Source of the DNA: Octopus vulgaris | Taxonomy: Eukaryota | Reading direction: 5' to 3' | Assembly (NCBI GenBank): GCA_951406725.2 | Contig: OX597832.1 | Coordinates: forward strand, 5,828,001-5,892,000 | Length of the DNA stretch: 64,000 nucleotides | Shown here: in pieces, positions 57,691 through 64,000 of the stretch | How the letters are laid out: each line of letters begins with the position of its first letter | How positions within the stretch are numbered: the first letter of the stretch is position 1 | Translations under genes and position numbers: made by a program | The notes under the pieces: model-generated | Seen by the model: only the letters and a program-made list of their open reading frames with translations | Databases searched by the model: none | What the model was told of the DNA's origin: nothing

Positions 57691-58679
57691 TTTTCTGGGG
57701 AAAAAGAATTGAAAAAGTTAATATATAGGATTTATTAACAGAAAAGAGTGATACATATTTGACAAAATCAGTGGAGCAGAAACAGTTTCAGTGGTACAAG
57801 AAGAGATAAAAAGAAGATATATATAGCATTGTACTGTATTGCTAAAGAAAGATTTACCAATGATGTGCAGGGGTGGTACTGCATATGCATTACAATAGAT
57901 GTGTGAGCTGTGAAATGAATATAATAAAAAGTAAACAAACATATTTTTATAAAATAATTTTTATTTAATAAGGCGATAAATATTACCAAAAAAGTTTTTG
58001 ATCAAATAAAAGGAAAACATGATAATGAGTGTAACAAAAATGCTGATTATGTCATTCAAGAGTGAAAAAAAAAATGAGCATTGCCATCAGTTTTTTAGGA
58101 TTCTATCCCACTCCCCCACCCCCAAAGATTCCTCAAAAATACTGTTCATTGTATATGACTGGATACTAAAAGACAAAATAATGTTGAAAGAAATATTTCT
58201 AAGTTCAATAATGTTTTCTTTGCATTTTTGCTTTGCTTTTAGATTACTGAAATCTATTGGACTAAATAATGTTTATGCTTTGCCACTTTGGTAAAAGTCA
58301 TTTTGTTAAAGAGCGATGGAAATGTTTACTAATGGTCTGATGAAGAATATGATCAAAGAACTAGACGATCAAGATGAAGATTTGTTTTTATTAAAACTTA
58401 TTCAATAAATTTAGACTAGCTAGTATGATTATTATTTGCGTTGTTGTGTTGTGGGAGTTCATCGGAGTTATACAGGGAACTAGTTTTATCACATATCTAA
58501 AGGAATCGTTTGTTAAAAAATAACAAGAACAGGACTAGACTGTTATACGCAAAGAAACAAGTGTAATAGTATTTTCTTTTTGTTTTTGAGGATCAGTAGA
58601 ATAATTTAAATTTTTAGAGTTCTTTCGATGTATTTTATTCTTATTTCCTGTTATGTTTTAAAGGTAATAATGATATCTG

Positions 58680-58885
58680 TTATAGGCACAAGATCGCAAA
58701 ATTGCGTTTAGTCGTTTAAATAGTCGTTAAAAATAAACTCCAGCACTGAACTAGTAATTTATTTTTATCGGCTATGGACAGATGAAAGGCTAAGCTGACC
58801 TCGGCGAGAACGTAAAGAACTAGAACAAACGCCACAAAGTATTTTGTCCGAAGCTCTAACGATTCTGTCAGTTCATCGCCCTTTA
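58680..58885 (-). mobile_element. Degenerate SINE family A
   Basis: gatgaaaggc...cctcggcg...gattctgtcagttcatcgcc. Confidence 0.65.
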
Positions 58886-59089
58886 TTTTCAAGGTAATAA
58901 TAGAAAGTAAAATAAGTAAAAGATAGCACTCGTTCGATGGATGAAATCATTCAAACTTTGTTGTCAAAGGTTTTCAATTCTGTATACTGGACGTGATTTC
59001 CTTGTTCAGACAGTGACAGCGTTCGTTTGTCAAGGATAGACGATCCTTCACTGAAAGAAAAATAACAAAACATCGTAAGTAAATTAGTC

Positions 59090-59217
59090 TAAAAATTTAT
59101 TTGACAATAGAAACCCATACTTCCCAGCTCTCAGGATGTCAACTGAACAAAATAAAAATTTATTTGACAATAGAAACCCATACTTCCCAGCTCTCAGGAT
59201 GTCAACTGAACAAAATA
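59090..59217. repeat. Perfect ~63-bp tandem duplication
   Basis: taaaaatttatttgacaatagaaacccatacttcccagctctcaggatgtcaactgaacaaaa x2. Confidence 0.9.
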
Positions 59218-59396
59218 TGAAATGTGCATATATATATATATATATACAAAAAGCAATAAAGATTCAAGTTAATTTAAAAGAATTTACTTGAATATGGTAC
59301 CTAACTTAGATGCACCAAAAAAAAAACTATACTGATTTAACAATACAGTAATGTGGGGTGATTATAAGCGAGAATGAAGCAACAAGAATGGATAGG

Positions 59397-59489
59397 TTTT
59401 TAGTACAATCGTTTCATACAAGGACAGGTTTTATTAAAAGTTGCAAAAATTACAGCATATAAACGTGTCCCGTACTCATCAGCTAAAAT
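59397..59489 (-). ncRNA. Type I hammerhead ribozyme in the PLE 3' region
   Basis: ttttag CTGATGA gtacgggaca...tgtccttgtat GAAAC gatt GTA ctaaaa; stem I ttttag/ctaaaa. Confidence 0.8.
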
Positions 59490-61003
59490 ACATGTGAGTT
59501 CTCTAGACATCCTAGTGGTTGAGGCTATACTCATGAAGTAATGTAGATAATTAAGTAACATAAACAGATTTCAAAAGTTCATTCAAGTTCTTTAAAGATG
59601 ATGTACAGTCTTATCACAGAATTTTAAAAAAAGTCTTAATAGCATCACAGAGAAGGTGACCCAATCCATAGTGCACATATGAATTTCCAGAGATATGATG
59701 AGGGATTACATACTCACAGAAGGCAAATTTATCCATTGTTAATTACAACGAGGTGGGTTTCAATTCCTGCTTATTAGAATTACAGAGAGGGTGAATTAAT
59801 CCTTTGTATAGATGCACAATTTCCAATGGTGTAGGTGTAAATTTCCAAGGAATTTCATATTCACAGGCGATAAATTTATCAATGGTTGAACACAATGAGG
59901 TAGGTATCAATTCTTGCTATATGATTAGGTATTTGCCACATTAATCACATTACTGCTATTTACAAGAGGCTGTAGCTATTTAACTTTTAAAGGCTGAAGG
60001 GCTTACTAGAGCTGTATAGAATAGAAAAGGGAAGGGCATAGAAAAAAAGAGAGAAAATAAAGAGAGAAAATAAAAGAGGAGGGAGTAAAAAGGGGGGGAA
60101 AGGGGGACTCAAAGAGAAGAGAAAAGGAAAAAGAGAATAAGAAGAAGAAAAAGAAAAAAGAGAAAGGAGAAAGAAATAGGGAAGGAAGGGAAAAAAAGAA
60201 AAAGAAGAAAAAAGAAAAAAAGAAAAAGAAGAAAGAAGAAAGAAAAAGAAAAAAAAGGGTTCTAGTTATACAGAAGAATTAGTAGACGACAAGTCTGGTT
60301 TTAGTTTACAGGCATCTAGGAATTAGAGGAGAATATTATTCTTTGACCAGTTAAAACAGTTAATTTATTGCTGTTGAAATCAGCTATGAATTTAAAGAGA
60401 ATCTAAAGAGATAACACAGTTAGGGGTTTCGGGGTCAGATGCTAAAATCACCAGAAAATACATTAGGGAAAACTAGGTATAATCTTATCAAAAAGTCATC
60501 AAAATTTACTTATTTAATTTATTCATTTTATTGTCTTAAGGAGTTGCCGTTATTATTCATACATTGACGGACTACAGGTCAAATCTTAAAAGATCATTTA
60601 AGAGGTGTTAGGGGATTGTCTATCATAATGAAGATAATCATATTATCACCGAGGGAATAGTCCCATTTATTTAATTTTGAAATAGAATTATGGGTCTATA
60701 GTAACCCAATTTAATTAATTAGAGTTATGCTAATTAAATTAGATTAAGTTAGGAACTAAAATTAAAAATTACAATTAAGATTTAAAATTAAGAATTTAAA
60801 AATTTAAAAATTGTGAGTTTGAAATTAAATAAAGCCTCAATTAAGCAGCGAATAAGTGCTATTCAATTCCCTGTTCTCAAAAAACTGATGCAGATATAGG
60901 AAAAAGATAACTGTAGTGTGAGAACTCTTAGTTATCTACTTAAAGCAGTGCTATACCAGTAGAAATCAGGTTATATCTATCTATCTAGTTATGAATATTC
61001 TAA

Positions 61004-61881
61004 TCATTTAAAATATTTTAAAGTCTTCAATTTAGCGTGGACACAAACTTGACCTAGTTCGATATGGTTATTCAATAGGTTTCTATGTTTTCTATGCTTT
61101 AGAATTTCATATGTCTCCATGGAGCATAGTTGGCAACCAACCCTACTATTTTTATACGGAATTGCTCTCCTAACTATTTCCCAATTAAGGTTATAATTTT
61201 TATTATTATTTTTGAGTTCCCAGATTTTGTTTGAAAGTGTGGTGGTACCAGCTTTATGACGTAATTTAAAAGTCGAGATGTGATTTCTAACTCTAGCTAA
61301 AAAATTAATTGTACATCCAATGTAAAAATATTTGTTATTCTCCGTGGATATGGTACATTTATAGATTACATTATTTTCTCCACATAGACCAGGTGCCGGG
61401 CATTTTGATTTTATTCTACACTTACACACAGGAGGAACACCTTCAGGCTTTGGATTATTCTTGGGTAGATGTTTTAGGTTCCTATTATTTTGATTATCAT
61501 TTCTATAGTTGGTGCTGATATCTAAAGTATTGCTATTATTTCTTGATCCTTCTGTTTCATTATTTAGATCTAAAGTCCTACCATGATTTCTTATATTATT
61601 GGTAATGTTAATATTATTGCTAGTCTTTTTATCCGACTTCATATTGTTGTTATAGATATCACTAATATTTTCATTCTCCTTATTTTCTCTATTTTCCCTA
61701 TTTCTATTATTTCTATTATTAACATTATTACTTCTACTAATATGGGCATTGCTATTATTACTATTAATGTTAATGCTATTAGTCATTCTGTGGTTACTAA
61801 TTTCACCTATGTTTTGATAGTTACTATTGCTGTTTTTATTGTTGGTAGTATTATTACAATTGCTATTGGTATTCATGCTGA

Positions 61882-61912
<31 letters not shown>

Positions 61913-62071
61913 TATATTTCTATCTTTCCTGGCTAGTTTAATGTTGTTATTATTAATCTTAGCTATTAAAGTGGACATATTTGGGAGGGTTGAATAAGAA
62001 ATCCTAACTGTTTTCCTAGAAATAATTCTATGATATCTATGAGAGATAGGGAAATTTTTTTCCCTATTAGA
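61004..62071 (-). CDS. C-terminal part of the PLE polyprotein: RT thumb end, Asn-rich linker, GIY-YIG endonuclease (5'-truncated)
   Basis: Frame open upstream of the listed Met (NFPISHRYHRIISRKTVRISYSTLPNM); CKCRIKSKCP..GLC, NVIYKC...FYIGCT..F.AR..NH, LSNKIW.LK, CQLC..E, LLN...CVH. Confidence 0.8.
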
Positions 62072-64000
62072 CCCGGCACCTGGTCTATGTGGAGAAAATA
62101 ATGTAATCTATAAATGTACCATATCCACGGAGAATAACAAATATTTTTACATTGGATGTACAATTAATTTTTTAGCTAGAGTTAGAAATCACATCTCGAC
62201 TTTTAAATTACGTCATAAAGCTGGTACCACCACACTTTCAAACAAAATCTGGGAACTCAAAAATAATAATAAAAATTATAACCTTAATTGGGAAATAGTT
62301 AGGAGAGCAATTCCGTATAAAAATAGTAGGGTTGGTTGCCAACTATGCTCCATGGAGACATATGAAATTCTAAAGCATAGAAAACATAGAAACCTATTGA
62401 ATAACCATATCGAACTAGGTCAAGTTTGTGTCCACGCTAAATTGAAGACTTTAAAATATTTTAAATGATTAGAATATTCATAACTAGATAGATAGATATA
62501 ACCTGATTTCTACTGGTATAGCACTGCTTTAAGTAGATAACTAAGAGTTCTCACACTACAGTTATCTTTTTCCTATATCTGCATCAGTTTTTTGAGAACA
62601 GGGAAATGAATAGCACTTATTCGCTGCATAATTGAGGCTTTATTTAATTTCAAACTCACAATTTTTAAATTTTTAAATTCTTAATTTTAAATCTTAATTG
62701 TAATTTTTAATTTTAGTTCCTAACTTAATCTAATTTAATTAGCATAACTCTAATTAATTAAATTGGGTTACTATAGACCCATAATTCTATTTCAAAATTA
62801 AATAAATGGGACTATTCCCTCGGTGATAATATGACTATCTTCATTATGATAGACAATCCCCTAACACCTCTTAAATGATCTTTTAAGATTTGACCTGTAG
62901 TCCGTCAATGTATGAATAATAACGGCAACTCCTTAAGACAATAAAATGAATAAATTAAATAAGTAAATTTTGATGACTTTTTGATAAGATTATACCTAGT
63001 TTTCCCTAATGTATTTTCTGGTGATTTTAGCATCTGACCCCGAAACCCCTAACTGTGTTATCTCTTTAGATTCTCTTTAAATTCATAGCTGATTTCAACA
63101 GCAATAAATTAACTGTTTTAACTGGTCAAAGAATAATATTCTCCTCTAATTCCTAGATGCCTGTAAACTAAAACCAGACTTGTCGTCTACTAATTCTTCT
63201 GTATAACTAGAACCCTTTTTTTTCTTTTTCTTTCTTCTTTCTTCTTTTTCTTTTTTTCTTTTTTCTTCTTTTTCTTTTTTTCCCTTCCTTCCCTATTTCT
63301 TTCTCTTTTCTCTTTTTCTTTTTCTTCTTCTTATTCTCTTTTTCCTTTTCTCTTCTCTTTGAGTCCCCCTTTCCCCCCCTTTTTACTCCCTCCTCTTTTA
63401 TTTTCTCTCTTTTTTTCTATGCCCTTCCCTTTTCTATTCTATACAGCTCTAGTAAGCCCTTCAGCCTTTAAAAGTTAAATAGCTACAGCCTCTTGTAAAT
63501 AGCAGTAATGTGATTAATGTGGCAAATACCTAATCATATAGCAAGAATTGATACCTACCTCATTGTGTTCAACCATTGATAAATTTATCGCCTGTGAATA
63601 TGAAATTCCTTGGAAATTTACACCTACACCATTGGAAATTGTGCATCTATACAAAGGATTAATTCACCCTCTCTGTAATTCTAATAAGCAGGAATTGAAA
63701 CCCACCTCGTTGTAATTAACAATGGATAAATTTGCCTTCTGTGAGTATGTAATCCCTCATCATATCTCTGGAAATTCATATGTGCACTATGGATTGGGTC
63801 ACCTTCTCTGTGATGCTATAAGACTTTTTAAAATTCTGTGATAAGACTGTACATCATCTTTAAAGAACTTGAATGAACTTTTGAAATCTGTTTATGTTAC
63901 TTAATTATCTACATTACTTCATGAGTATAGCCTCAACCACTAGGATGTCTAGAGAACTCACATGTATTTTAGCTGATGAGTACGGGACACGTTTATATGC
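62072..64000 (+). mobile_element. Inverted second copy of the same PLE, running off the window
   Basis: Reverse complement of 59455-61400; GIY-YIG frame 62073-62468 open; hammerhead CTGATGAG begins at 63973. Confidence 0.9.

Larger units (their letters stand above)
59247..62071 (-). mobile_element. 5'-truncated Penelope-like retroelement (Hydra-clade-like), left copy
   Basis: Open frame 62071-61004 with RT-thumb end, CxCx5C linker and GIY-YIG; ~1.75-kb 3' region with hammerhead; ends in (TA)n at 59228-59246. Confidence 0.88.

Overview
AT-rich, repeat-saturated eukaryotic DNA, intergenic or intronic. The tRNA-derived SINE families, microsatellite load and LINE types suggest a cephalopod (Octopus-like) genome; this is inference from family recognition, not a search. 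I found no supportable host protein-coding exon, and almost all listed ORFs are microsatellite translations. Content: more than 25 SINE copies of at least four families; a decayed near-full-length R4/Dong-type RLE LINE followed head-to-tail by two further RLE elements, each ending in (TAA)n; CRE-like, RTE/RTE-X and CR1/L2-group LINE fragments; two Tc1-type transposase relics (one DD37E); hAT MITEs; a Ginger1-like MITE with CCGG TSD; and a Helitron with intact termini. At the right end is a young Penelope-like element (Hydra-clade-like GIY-YIG) forming a >=1.9 kb-arm inverted repeat. Three separate hammerhead ribozyme motifs can be read directly from the sequence, and an unexplained island of stacked hairpins lies at about 46.36-46.58 kb.
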